The notes beneath the pieces are model-generated. The model did not search any database, was not told the origin of the DNA, and saw only the letters and a program-made list of their open reading frames with translations. The position numbers and the translations under genes were made by a program. 64,000 nt of DNA from Candidatus Latescibacterota bacterium. Its GTDB lineage: Bacteria; Latescibacterota; UBA2968; GCA-2709665. The stretch lies in the NCBI GenBank assembly GCA_965248435.1, contig OZ252100.1, forward strand, positions 4,672,001 through 4,736,000, written 5' to 3'. Shown here piece by piece: positions 10,458 through 19,993 of the stretch (the first letter of the stretch is position 1; each line of letters begins with the position of its first letter).

Positions 10458-11063
10458 CTAAACCCTGAACCCGTCGATCATTGTATCGATCACCTGGGTG
10501 ATCAGTCCGTCTTTTTCAACCCACGGAAAATCAGGATAAGTGATGAGAAGCGACGTCACGCCGTGAACGGCAGACCAGATTGCCTGGCTGGCGGTTTCGA
10601 CATCAACCTGCCGGAATCTTTTCTGCCGAATGCATTCTTTGACTACCGCGTGCAGGTAGTTGAACATTCTCTTGGCTGCCGATCCTTCCGGCAGGCCCAG
10701 ACCGGTCTGATGATGCGGACCGACAATGAACGTCAGTTTATAGTCCTCGGGATATCCAAGCCCGAAGTCTGCGTAGGCTCGGGAGCATTTTCGCAGAGTT
10801 TCGACGGGATCGCTCAGATCTTCAAATAGTGTCTGCAGCGTGTCGAGCATGTTAAGCTGAGTCTTTTCGCAAACAGAATGCAAGAGCGCAGCCTTGTCCT
10901 CGAAATAGAGGTAGATCGTCGTTGGGGAGTAGTCGATCTTCTCGGCAATCTTGCGCATCGATACGTTCTCATAACCCTCGCTCACGAACAGCTCCCGAGC
11001 GGCATCTACGATCCGCTGCCGCAATTCCACCTTTTCCCTTTCCCTGCGCTCCTGAACACTCAT
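10458..11063 (-). CDS. TetR/AcrR transcriptional regulator (WHG-type C domain)
   Basis: GYENVSMRKIAEKIDYSPTTIYLYF HTH; WSAVHG. Confidence 0.92.
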   Translation of the reverse strand: MSVQERREREKVELRQRIVDAARELFVSEGYENVSMRKIAEKIDYSPTTIYLYFEDKAALLHSVCEKTQLNMLDTLQTLFEDLSDPVETLRKCSRAYADFGLGYPEDYKLTFIVGPHHQTGLGLPEGSAAKRMFNYLHAVVKECIRQKRFRQVDVETASQAIWSAVHGVTSLLITYPDFPWVEKDGLITQVIDTMIDGFRV

Positions 11064-11079
11064 CACGAACCTCACTGAA

Positions 11080-11137
11080 TTACGATGTAAATTAACTTAA
11101 CGATGTTAAGTATACATTGATTCGTCCCCTATGTCAA
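11080..11137 (-). promoter_or_regulatory. Sigma70 promoter TTGACA-17-TATACT overlapped by palindromic operators
   Basis: Minus-strand -35 at 11132-11137 and -10 at 11109-11114; palindromes acttaacgatgttaagt (11095-11111) and ttacgatgtaa (11080-11090). Confidence 0.75.
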
Positions 11138-11212
11138 GTATTTTTCCTTTTCTGAATGGACGGTCCTAAGTGGTAGTATCTATAAGAAGTAACAGGATAA
11201 TGGCCTGAGCAT

Positions 11213-12736
11213 CTAAACACCCAGCAGCGGCATCGCGATCGCATACATCAGCGCGGTGATGAGCAAGATACCGATCAGGTTCAGCCAGATACCTGCCTTG
11301 CACATCTGCGGAATCGAGATATGGCCGGAACCGAAGACGATTGCATTGGGCGGGGTGGCCACTGGCAGCATAAATGCGCAGCTAGCCGCGATGGCGGCCG
11401 GGACGATGAGCAGGTAAGGGTGGATATCCAGGCCCGGAGCGATGGAGAACAGGATGGGGACCAGGGTCGCGGTGGTGGCGGTGTTGCTCGTGAGCTCGGT
11501 GAGGAAGATCATCAGGGTCGTGACGAGTAGGACGAGGAGGACTGTTGGCAGCCCCGCTAGTGTGCCTACTTGGCTGCCCAGGAACTCACCCACGCCGTTG
11601 GCCTTGATCGCAGCGGCCAGGCTCAACCCCCCGCCGAACAGGACGAGCAGGCCCCAGGGGAGCTTGACCGCGGTCTCCCAGTTCATGACAAAGACGCGTT
11701 TCTTGATGTCGATGGGGATCACGAACAGGGCCAGTGCCGCGATGATCGCGATGCCCGTGTCTGTGAGCCCTGAGAAGGGTTTCACACTGCCCCATTCGAG
11801 TGGCGTGAGGATCGGACGGGAAATCCACGCAAGGGCGGCAAGCACGGAGACGGCCAGAGTGGCCCATTCTCCCGACTTCATGGGTCCGAGCGCTCGATGG
11901 GCATCGCGCGTGACCGCAGAACCGCCCTCGATCGGTTTATTACCGATCGGATAGATCACGTGGGTCATCAGGAGCCAGACGAGGGGCAGGAACAATGCCA
12001 CGAGCGGCAGGCCGATCTGCATCCATGCCGCGAAGCTGATCTCGCGGCCGAGGTGGCTCTTGACGAAGGAGGCCAGAAAGAGGTTGGGCGGCGTTCCGAT
12101 GAGCGTTCCGATGCCGCCGATCGAGGCGGCGTAGGCGATGCCCAGGAGCAGACAGACCGCGAAGTTGGTACGCTCTCGATCGGGCGGGGCGTTCACGTCC
12201 GCTGTTTCCTCGGGGAGGACGAGGTGGATCACACTCAGCGCGATGGGCAGCATCATGACCGTGGTCGCGGTGTTTGAGACCCACATGCTGAGGATCGCCG
12301 TGACCCCCATAAACCCGCCGATCATGCGTCGCGGCTGCGTTCCAACGACCCCGAGCGCCATCAGCGCGATCCGCTTGTGCAGATCCCAACGCTGCATGGC
12401 GAGGGCGATGATGAAGCCGCCCATGAAGAGGAAGATGAGTTCGTGGCCGTAGGGCGCGGCGGCCTCGTGGATCGTGACGGCGCCGGTGGCGGGGAGCAGG
12501 GCGAGGGGCAGAAGAGCGGTGGCGTAGACGGGGATCGCTTCGGTCATCCACCAGAGGGCCATCCAGACGGCCGTCGCCGCGGTGACACGGCCCGCGTAGG
12601 AGAAGAAGACGGCCTGGCCCTGGCTGTCTGGATAGCTTGCGGGGAGCAGCAGGTAGGTCAACACGGCCAGTAGTGGACCGGCGAAGAGGCCGGTCCACTG
12701 GATGGCAGATCGAGTGAGCCAGTCAGGCACTTTCAT
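11213..12736 (-). CDS. SLC13/DASS sodium:dicarboxylate(sulfate) symporter
   Basis: SMWVSNTATT, GTPPN, TSNTAT, PVATPPNAIV motifs. Confidence 0.93.
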   Translation of the reverse strand: MKVPDWLTRSAIQWTGLFAGPLLAVLTYLLLPASYPDSQGQAVFFSYAGRVTAATAVWMALWWMTEAIPVYATALLPLALLPATGAVTIHEAAAPYGHELIFLFMGGFIIALAMQRWDLHKRIALMALGVVGTQPRRMIGGFMGVTAILSMWVSNTATTVMMLPIALSVIHLVLPEETADVNAPPDRERTNFAVCLLLGIAYAASIGGIGTLIGTPPNLFLASFVKSHLGREISFAAWMQIGLPLVALFLPLVWLLMTHVIYPIGNKPIEGGSAVTRDAHRALGPMKSGEWATLAVSVLAALAWISRPILTPLEWGSVKPFSGLTDTGIAIIAALALFVIPIDIKKRVFVMNWETAVKLPWGLLVLFGGGLSLAAAIKANGVGEFLGSQVGTLAGLPTVLLVLLVTTLMIFLTELTSNTATTATLVPILFSIAPGLDIHPYLLIVPAAIAASCAFMLPVATPPNAIVFGSGHISIPQMCKAGIWLNLIGILLITALMYAIAMPLLGV

Positions 12737-12884
12737 AAGGCTTAGTACTTGTGCGCAAACGCCCCGATGTCAAGGTCCTTTTTATACTTCAACGTTTTTG
12801 CGTGGACATTCGGTTCGTTTATGCCCTATTTTTCATGTGGCTTACGCATTGAAGAAACGGAATATGCGGTGTTATCGGGGTGCG

Positions 12885-13781
12885 ATGGTTCCCTTCGTTT
12901 GCGGGCTTCTGACGGCCTTGCTTCTGTTCCCCTTTGCCTCGATACGACAAGTGCAGGCCTCAGGGCCAGATCCCGCGCGCGTCGTGAGTCGACAGACTCT
13001 CCTGGAGGCGATGCGTCGGAGCAAGGGCTACGATCCGACGGCGACGACGAACGGGGCCAGGTTTCAGGCCGAGGTATTGCTGCATCTTGTCCGGGAGGCG
13101 AAGACACAGAATCGAGAGGGCGCCCGCCTGTTCTTGGGACACGAGGACTGGTTCCGGGCGTTTCTGGAGGTGACCGGCCGGACCGAGAAAACCGCGCCAC
13201 AATACGCGCTGCTTGCTCATCGGCACGGTCAGGACACCGAGATCGACAGTCGAAGAGATCGCGTGATCCGAAATGTGAAGCAAGGTCCACGACCCGACCT
13301 AGCAGTAAACGTGGCGATCTGGTGGCCGAAAAAGAAGGGTGGGACGAATAGATATTCTTACGTGGATACCCTGTCGACACCTCACCTGAACGTGACGAAT
13401 GGTCGTGTCATTACCTATCGGCTGCTCGATTTCGGCGATATGATCGTCTACGACAGAGTGGAAGGACTCACGGGTCGTCCCACGTCCGGAATCCTGGGGT
13501 TTGTCTTCCGGATTATCGGGGAGGGTCGCGTAGTGCAGTCGCGGATGGCGATCTCGGACGATGGGCTGCAGGTCTCGCGGGCGAAAGCGAAGAAGGCGTT
13601 TATCGGGGTCACGACGACGGTGACAGTATACCCGGACGGTCGCACCGCCAAGGACGTTCCAACTGACCGTCTGGATTTGCTTGCTCTGGAAGCACGCCTC
13701 AAGCAGCCTCTGAAGATAGACTACTTTCACGTGGATCCGCCCAGTGGTGATCCAGAATCCGTGAAAAGGTGGACCGAGTAA
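12885..13781 (+). CDS. Hypothetical exported protein
   Basis: Signal-peptide-like N-terminus; ends 4 nt before the next gene; start uncertain. Confidence 0.6.
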   Translation: MVPFVCGLLTALLLFPFASIRQVQASGPDPARVVSRQTLLEAMRRSKGYDPTATTNGARFQAEVLLHLVREAKTQNREGARLFLGHEDWFRAFLEVTGRTEKTAPQYALLAHRHGQDTEIDSRRDRVIRNVKQGPRPDLAVNVAIWWPKKKGGTNRYSYVDTLSTPHLNVTNGRVITYRLLDFGDMIVYDRVEGLTGRPTSGILGFVFRIIGEGRVVQSRMAISDDGLQVSRAKAKKAFIGVTTTVTVYPDGRTAKDVPTDRLDLLALEARLKQPLKIDYFHVDPPSGDPESVKRWTE

Positions 13782-13785
13782 AGGT

Positions 13786-14679
13786 ATGCCAGCCCAATTT
13801 TCGAACCTGCGCTTCATCGTGAATCCTCAAGCAGGCACTCAGCGTGGTGACATGGAGGCCGCCATCCGGAGGCTGCTCAGCCGAACTGGGGTCGGGTTCG
13901 ACATTTGCCATAGTGAATACCAGGGTCACGGGACGGAACTTGCGCGGGAGGCGGCCAACGAGGGAGCTGACCTCGTCGTCGCCGTGGGCGGAGACGGGAC
14001 GATCAACGAGGTCGGGAGAGGTCTTTTGGGCCTGGACACACCTCTCGGAATCATCCCGCTTGGTTCGGGAAACGCCCTGGCTTCGGGGTTGGGGATTCCG
14101 ATCCATCCGGCCCGAGCCTGCAGGGGGCTTCTTCGGGCAGAGGTCCGGGCGATCGATGTCGGGAAGATGGGCGAGGCCGTTTTTTTTTCGACGGCTGGGG
14201 CGGGAGTAGATGCAGAGGTATGCTGGCGGTTCAATCGGCGATCGGGACGCCGCGGCTTCCTGACTTACGCGGTTCTTTCGCTTGCCGCTTTCAAGGCCTA
14301 CAAGTCGGAGGAAGTTCGCGTTACTCTGGATGAGGGGAGAGAGCTCAGGGTACGCCCGACGGTCCTGACAGTAGCCAACTCGTCCCAGTTCGGAAATGGC
14401 GCGGTGATTGCCCCAAGGGCGCGGCCCGATGACGGGCTGCTGGACCTCTGTATCGTGGAGGACATCGGGCTGCCGCGAACGCTCTGGCACATGCGTCGGC
14501 TGTTTACCGGGACGATCGAGGACACGCCTGGCGCGCAGTATTTTCAGACCCGAGGGCTTCGAATCGAGCGAGGCAAGCCCGGAAGATTCCAGGTGGATGG
14601 CGAGTCGATGACGGGCGATGCAACGCTGGAGGTGACCGTGATGCCGAAGGCGATTCAGATTGCCATTCCTAAGCAGTAA
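13786..14679 (+). CDS. Diacylglycerol/lipid kinase, YegS/Rv2252/BmrU family
   Basis: NPQAG, GGDGTINEV, PLGSGNALA, QVDGE. Confidence 0.92.
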   Translation: MPAQFSNLRFIVNPQAGTQRGDMEAAIRRLLSRTGVGFDICHSEYQGHGTELAREAANEGADLVVAVGGDGTINEVGRGLLGLDTPLGIIPLGSGNALASGLGIPIHPARACRGLLRAEVRAIDVGKMGEAVFFSTAGAGVDAEVCWRFNRRSGRRGFLTYAVLSLAAFKAYKSEEVRVTLDEGRELRVRPTVLTVANSSQFGNGAVIAPRARPDDGLLDLCIVEDIGLPRTLWHMRRLFTGTIEDTPGAQYFQTRGLRIERGKPGRFQVDGESMTGDATLEVTVMPKAIQIAIPKQ

Positions 14680-14952
14680 TAACGTGCTGAAACCATTGTT
14701 CCTTATTCAGTTTCTGTCCGTTGTCGCCCTCTTGGGTAAGCGCGCACGAATCGACCTGCCCCAGTTCCAATGGTTGCCGATTCGAGTCGAGGGCTGAGTA
14801 GATCTCAACATTTCTCATTGTGGAGACATAATGATGCAAGACGGGGCACCAGGAACAAGCCGTGAACCCACAGGAGCTTCAAGAGTGTCGGTGCAAACGG
14901 AGGTCGAACGCTATAAAACGGAGCTGGAGCAGTTTCTGGAGGAGCGCGCACC

Positions 14953-15624
14953 ATGACGATCTTGATCGCCGATGATGACCGACTCGCACTCGAGGGACTT
15001 CAAAGCACCTTGGGCAAATGGGGGCACGAGGTTGTTGCCTGCACTGACGGTGACGAGGCCTGGAACATACTCAGCCATGAAGACGCTCCGAAACTGGCCA
15101 TCCTCGACTGGATGATGCCGGGATTGGAGGGCGTGGAAGTCTGCAGGAAAGTGCGCGAACTCGATCGCCCCCTGCAGACCTACTTGCTCCTTCTGACGGT
15201 TAAGGGAAGCGAGGAAGATATCGTGTCCGGCCTGGAGGCGGGCGCGGACGACTATGTGGTGAAGCCCTTCCGCCCAGATGAACTGTGGGCCCGCGTGAGG
15301 GCCGGTATCCGGTTTATTGAACTCCAGGAAAAGCTACTGGACGCGGAACGGGTCAGAGTCCTTGCAGAGACGGCAGGAGCGGCGGCCCACATGATCAATC
15401 AGCCACTCACTGTGATTATTGGAGTTGCCGATCTCCTGCTGATGAAGAAACTGGATGAATCCGTGAATATACAAATTGACTCCATACGCAAAGCGGGTAC
15501 GGAGATCAGCGAAATTGTAGCACAGATGAAGTCTGCTGAGCAGTATGTTACCACGCCCTATGTTAATGGCATCAACATTGTAGAGTTTGATGCATCGAAG
15601 AAGGAAGAAGGAAATGATGAATAG
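14953..15624 (+). CDS. Response regulator with C-terminal HisKA-like helix
   Basis: ILIADDD, LDWMMP, DDYVVKPF; AAHMINQPL. Confidence 0.88.
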   Translation: MTILIADDDRLALEGLQSTLGKWGHEVVACTDGDEAWNILSHEDAPKLAILDWMMPGLEGVEVCRKVRELDRPLQTYLLLLTVKGSEEDIVSGLEAGADDYVVKPFRPDELWARVRAGIRFIELQEKLLDAERVRVLAETAGAAAHMINQPLTVIIGVADLLLMKKLDESVNIQIDSIRKAGTEISEIVAQMKSAEQYVTTPYVNGINIVEFDASKKEEGNDE

Positions 15625-15768
15625 GAGGAATAGAAAAAAAGTGGAGTAGGGCACAAAAGCGCCCGGGCGCGCCGAAGTGTTCGATCACCGTTTCGCCCGT
15701 CGGCGTCGGCCGAGGGGCATTCTCCAACGGCACGCGATTGATGATAGAGACCAACTCTTCAGCGCAAC

Positions 15769-15810
15769 GAAAAAGGAGTCAGGAAAACAAAGCTTCCTGA
15801 CTCCTTTTTC
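15769..15810. terminator. Bidirectional intrinsic terminator
   Basis: gaaaaaggagtcaggaa-aacaaagc-ttcctgactcctttttc between convergent genes. Confidence 0.8.
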
Positions 15811-15861
15811 TAAATATGAGGCTGTCCTCAAAGATGCTCTAACCTCTTACTGTCCTGATCG

Positions 15862-16608
15862 TCAGTTTGGTGGTTCAGGCCCAATCTCTCTCATTCCGTT
15901 GCTCCCGTTCCCATTCCCGTTCCCGTTCTTGTGAAGGTGCAGGATCATCGCCTGATGCGACAGAAAGACGAAGGGCTCCACATCCACGATCTGACACGAG
16001 ATGTCCGAGAACTCCGAGAGGGTATCTTCAACTTCTTGGACGGAGTACAACCGGTAGTGCACACCGAACACACGATACATGAGGCGGATGAAGAGCCCCA
16101 TGTTGGTCGTTGTGGGCACGGAATAGATCGCCCGGTCCGCGTTTGAGGTCGAGAAGACCTTGAGCATGCTGGCCAGCCTGACGTGTTCCGAAACACCGAT
16201 CGCGACGATCACTTCGTAGCCGTTCTTCAACGTGAAGTTGTTGATGTCGGCTCTCTGGATCGTGACGTTCTGAACATCGGATAATTTTTTCCCCAGCTTT
16301 CTAAGCATAGCGGGAGAGAAGTCGGTCGCGATCACCTTTCGGGAGATCGAGCACAGGTGTTTCGTGTAGAATCCCGTGCCGGACCCGAGCTCGAGTACGC
16401 AATCGGACGGCCGGATTGCGGTGTGGGCGGCTTTTCGTACGGTTCGTGCTTCCCTGAACCGTTTGGTGGGTGCGGAAGAGAGGACCAGGTCCCACACCTT
16501 TGCGAGATTGTCATAAAACTTCCGGGTTGGCGTTTGCTCTAGCAAGGAGGTTTCTCCTGGTTTGAGATTCTGAACAGCTACATACGACTCGACCCATCGG
16601 GTGCTCAA
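15862..16608 (-). CDS. Class I SAM-dependent methyltransferase
   Basis: VLELGSGTG motif I, ATDFSPAM. Confidence 0.75.
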   Translation of the reverse strand: MSTRWVESYVAVQNLKPGETSLLEQTPTRKFYDNLAKVWDLVLSSAPTKRFREARTVRKAAHTAIRPSDCVLELGSGTGFYTKHLCSISRKVIATDFSPAMLRKLGKKLSDVQNVTIQRADINNFTLKNGYEVIVAIGVSEHVRLASMLKVFSTSNADRAIYSVPTTTNMGLFIRLMYRVFGVHYRLYSVQEVEDTLSEFSDISCQIVDVEPFVFLSHQAMILHLHKNGNGNGNGSNGMREIGPEPPN

Positions 16609-16860
16609 TTAAGAATACTAATATACATAGAGGAAAAAGGAAAACAAAAATGCTTTCCGTAGGAGAGGCCTTGGGCCCAGGAGCTCCGCGAGGATGTCCA
16701 CGATTCGACGGCTTGCCCACTCCTTCATTACGAACCGTCCGTCGCGATGGTAGAACGAGAACTCCTCCGTACCGGAACAGGCTGTGGCCCGATTGGAGGC
16801 AAGCCCTGGACGGACTCGGCAAGTCGATTTCTCTACAAGACCGTTGTGTTTTATCGGTTT

Positions 16861-16894
16861 AGACCAATTTTCCAGACGTCTGGAAAATTGGTCT
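16861..16894. repeat. Perfect 34-bp palindrome
   Basis: agaccaattttccagac|gtctggaaaattggtct. Confidence 0.9.
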
Positions 16895-16971
16895 GGAGCC
16901 ACAACTTCGCCCTTTTGAGGCTGCCGATGGACGCTGAGCGCGAGGCTGGGGAAGAGGCGGTTTCGAATCTC

Positions 16972-18360
16972 CTAATTTCCTGCAGCCGCGGTGGCTGTCT
17001 CGGCATCCCGAAGCCGACACATGCGCTCTCCCTTCAGGCACATCCACCTTGTCAGGATCAGCCCGACGACCCCGCCCAGGATATCGGCGGCCGCCAGGCC
17101 GGAAAGGAGTCCGGTGATCGCGTGGAGATGCGCACCCACGACCGAGAATGGGATGGTGAAGACGAACATGTGAGCCAGCGTCTGAACTGACGCCATCACA
17201 GGCTTTCCGATGGCGTTCAACGTCTCTTCGGTCACACTCAGAATACCCACCGTGGCATAGCCGAACGGTATAATCCACAGGTATCGCACGATCTCCCGGA
17301 TGACATCGGCGTCATTGCTGAACAGGCTCGCGATCGGCTCTGCCGTGAACTGCAGGACCCCGAGGGCGAGCACGCCCCAGGAGGCGGCAAAGATGTATCC
17401 GTACTTGCGTGCTCGGGCGACACGGTCGAACTGCTCCGCCCCCCAGTTCTGTCCGACGAACGGAACGAGCCCGGAACAGAGCGCGAACACCGGGATGAGC
17501 GCAAACACGCTGATTCGAGATCCTGCGCCCCATGCTCCAACCGCGCCTGGACCGTAGCTGGCGATCAGGCGGGTCACCACCCCAAGGGCGACGGGCTGGA
17601 GCAGGTTCGTGATCGTGGCGGGCACCGCGATCACCCCCACGGACTTCCACGAACGCCAGACGTCGCGCAGGCTGGGCGTGGCAAAGTCAAGCATGCGGTG
17701 TCGATAATGCAGGATCAGGAGCGAGGCCACCATCGTCCCGGCTCGGGAGATGACGGTCGCGATCGCCGCCCCCTGGAGTTCCAAACGGGGGAATCCGAAC
17801 CATCCGAAGATGAGAATCGGGTCCAGGATGAGATTGGTCCCCGTGGCGCCGATCATGATCAGCGCAGGTACTTTGGTATCACCTCCGGCGCGGATGGCGG
17901 CGTTGGCGACCATCGGGATGACGAGAAAGACGATCCCGGGGTACCAGATCATCATGTATTGCCGGATGAGGGGGATGACGTCCGGTGTCGCGCCCAGGAG
18001 GGTAAAGAGGGGCGTGATCGTGAACATCCCGGCACCGGCGAACAGGAGCACCGTAAGGAATGAGAGCACCAGGCTGTCGGAAGAGATACGCCGCACGGTC
18101 GAGGTTTCTCCGCGACCGATCGCGCGGGAGACGACGGAGGTCGTCCCTGTGCCCAGCCCCATCGCGACTCCGAAGAGGACCATCACGACCGGGAAGGTGA
18201 AGCTCATGGCAGCGAGCTCTCTCGTTCCCAATTGGGATACGAAGTATGTATCGGACAGGTTGAACCCGACGACAGAAAGGATCCCGCCCACCATCGGAAA
18301 GGAGAGGCCGAAGAGGGTGCGGAGTACGGGGCCCTGGGTCAGCTTGGCCGGGATTTCCAT
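16972..18360 (-). CDS. MATE family efflux transporter
   Basis: DTYFVSQLG, NLILDPILIFG, GAAIATV. Confidence 0.93.
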   Translation of the reverse strand: MEIPAKLTQGPVLRTLFGLSFPMVGGILSVVGFNLSDTYFVSQLGTRELAAMSFTFPVVMVLFGVAMGLGTGTTSVVSRAIGRGETSTVRRISSDSLVLSFLTVLLFAGAGMFTITPLFTLLGATPDVIPLIRQYMMIWYPGIVFLVIPMVANAAIRAGGDTKVPALIMIGATGTNLILDPILIFGWFGFPRLELQGAAIATVISRAGTMVASLLILHYRHRMLDFATPSLRDVWRSWKSVGVIAVPATITNLLQPVALGVVTRLIASYGPGAVGAWGAGSRISVFALIPVFALCSGLVPFVGQNWGAEQFDRVARARKYGYIFAASWGVLALGVLQFTAEPIASLFSNDADVIREIVRYLWIIPFGYATVGILSVTEETLNAIGKPVMASVQTLAHMFVFTIPFSVVGAHLHAITGLLSGLAAADILGGVVGLILTRWMCLKGERMCRLRDAETATAAAGN

Positions 18361-18400
18361 GTTCGAAAGTCTTTCCTATAGAAAACAGGGTGGATCAGAT

Positions 18401-19027
18401 TTAGCTGAGCGGGGGCAGACACCTGCTCTGTGTAAGAAATTCTGCTAGACCGTCGAACGATTCGTACAAGAAGGTATTGATTTTCTGGAGGTTAGCGGCT
18501 TCTATGTTTTCAGGCTTATCATCGATGAACAGGATCTGGTTTGCAGGGGTCTTCATCGATTCGAGAGCATGCTCGTAGATCTCAGGATTTGGTTTGATCA
18601 TTCCCAGCTCACAAGACAAAAAGGCAAAGTCGAACCGATCGAGCCAGGTGCAATGGTTTCGCAGGTGTTCCACTTTATCCCACGGGACGTTGGACAGGAT
18701 CGCGATTTGAATACCGGCTTCGCGGACTCTGGTGATCCAGTCGATGATTCGGTGATCCGTGTCCGACCAGCTGAGCGTGTCCTCTCGCGTAAGTTCATCG
18801 AGTAGATCTTCATCCGGCGTCGTGGAGCCGTGCGCGAATACGCGCCTCCAGTATCCCGGTCCGTCGATCTGTCCGAGATCGTAGATCGGTCTGTAGGCCT
18901 CGTATGCTCGATCGAAGTCTTCTTTCGGAAGCCCGGTCAACGTGCGAACTTTATCCAACCGCTGTTCGTTTTGAGGGCTGATGACGTTGCCAATATCGAG
19001 AACGACGGAACGAATATCTAGAGACAT
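18401..19027 (-). CDS. HAD-family phosphatase
   Basis: LDIGNV, LSN, KPNPEIY, FIDDKPEN. Confidence 0.85.
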   Translation of the reverse strand: MSLDIRSVVLDIGNVISPQNEQRLDKVRTLTGLPKEDFDRAYEAYRPIYDLGQIDGPGYWRRVFAHGSTTPDEDLLDELTREDTLSWSDTDHRIIDWITRVREAGIQIAILSNVPWDKVEHLRNHCTWLDRFDFAFLSCELGMIKPNPEIYEHALESMKTPANQILFIDDKPENIEAANLQKINTFLYESFDGLAEFLTQSRCLPPLS

Positions 19028-19090
19028 ATATAGATGAAATGGGAAGGTAGAAGGGATAGAAGGAGAGGGTCGCCAGTGTAAGCTCATTCT

Positions 19091-19231
19091 TTACATATCA
19101 GATTCGTTGATCCGCAACAGGACCTGGGCGATCGCGGGGGCCATGTCCACCGTGTTGACCCTTCCGCCTGTCGATCCCCTGTAGGCCACATTGAAGTCGC
19201 CGATGATGCCGATTCGTATGCTTTCCGACAT
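19091..19231 (-). pseudogene. 46-aa chimeric-looking remnant ORF
   Basis: MSESIRIGIIGDFNVAYRGSTGGRVNTVDMAPAIAQVLLRINESDM*; ATG lies just downstream of the preceding HAD gene. Confidence 0.4.
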
Positions 19232-19235
19232 ATCG

Positions 19236-19955
19236 TTATTCCTTCAGGATCTCAGAGATGTTGTTGATGATCCTATCAGGGCGAACGTGAGACGCTTCCG
19301 GCAATCCCTTGCCCACAAAGTCCACCCAGATCGCGAAAATCCCCAGCCGCTGAGGGGCTTCTACGTCCCATTCCAGGTTGTCTCCGACAAACCAGGTGTC
19401 TTCCGGCGCCGCCTCGAGCTGCCGGAGCGCGTGAAGGTAGACGCGTTCGTCCGGCTTGCCGACACCAAACTCACCTTCCACGAGAATATATTGAAAGTAG
19501 TCCTCCAACCCGAATCTGTCAATTTTCCGCCTTTGGCCATCTGATGCGCCGTTCGTAATCAACGCAAGACGAATCCCCTCACTCTGCAGCGTTCCCAGCG
19601 TTTCAATGGCCCCGGGAAACGGTCGGACCGTCTCTTCGCGTTCGGAGGCGTAGGTGTCCGCAATTTCGTTCGCCAGAGTCGGGTCGTCGATTTTCAAATG
19701 ACGGAAGGACTCAGCGACAATCTCGCGCCTCGCGGTGACCAGGTCCAAGCGTCCCCTGCGATGACGCTCCCGATCCTGCCAGAACCAGGACCGCGCTTCG
19801 CGGATAGCGGAGAAAAGCTGATCTGGTGTGAGTCCCTCGACACGGGACGAAAATCTTGTGCAGATGATTCGCCAGGGTTCATCTGCGCTGCCAGATAACG
19901 CCAGGATCGTATCATCCAGGTCGAACAGTATCGCTTTTGGCAGGTCGGTTCGCAT
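19236..19955 (-). CDS. HAD-family hydrolase
   Basis: LFDLDDT, ITNG, KPD, VGDNLEWD. Confidence 0.9.
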   Translation of the reverse strand: MRTDLPKAILFDLDDTILALSGSADEPWRIICTRFSSRVEGLTPDQLFSAIREARSWFWQDRERHRRGRLDLVTARREIVAESFRHLKIDDPTLANEIADTYASEREETVRPFPGAIETLGTLQSEGIRLALITNGASDGQRRKIDRFGLEDYFQYILVEGEFGVGKPDERVYLHALRQLEAAPEDTWFVGDNLEWDVEAPQRLGIFAIWVDFVGKGLPEASHVRPDRIINNISEILKE

Positions 19956-19993
19956 CTGAAAGTGTCGAATCTCGGTCTAGCTCTCCGCCTCCA

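Noticed and set aside
15895-15930. NGNGNG hexamer microsatellite in the methyltransferase tail
   Set aside because: Short and imperfect, with no evidence of contingency-locus function.
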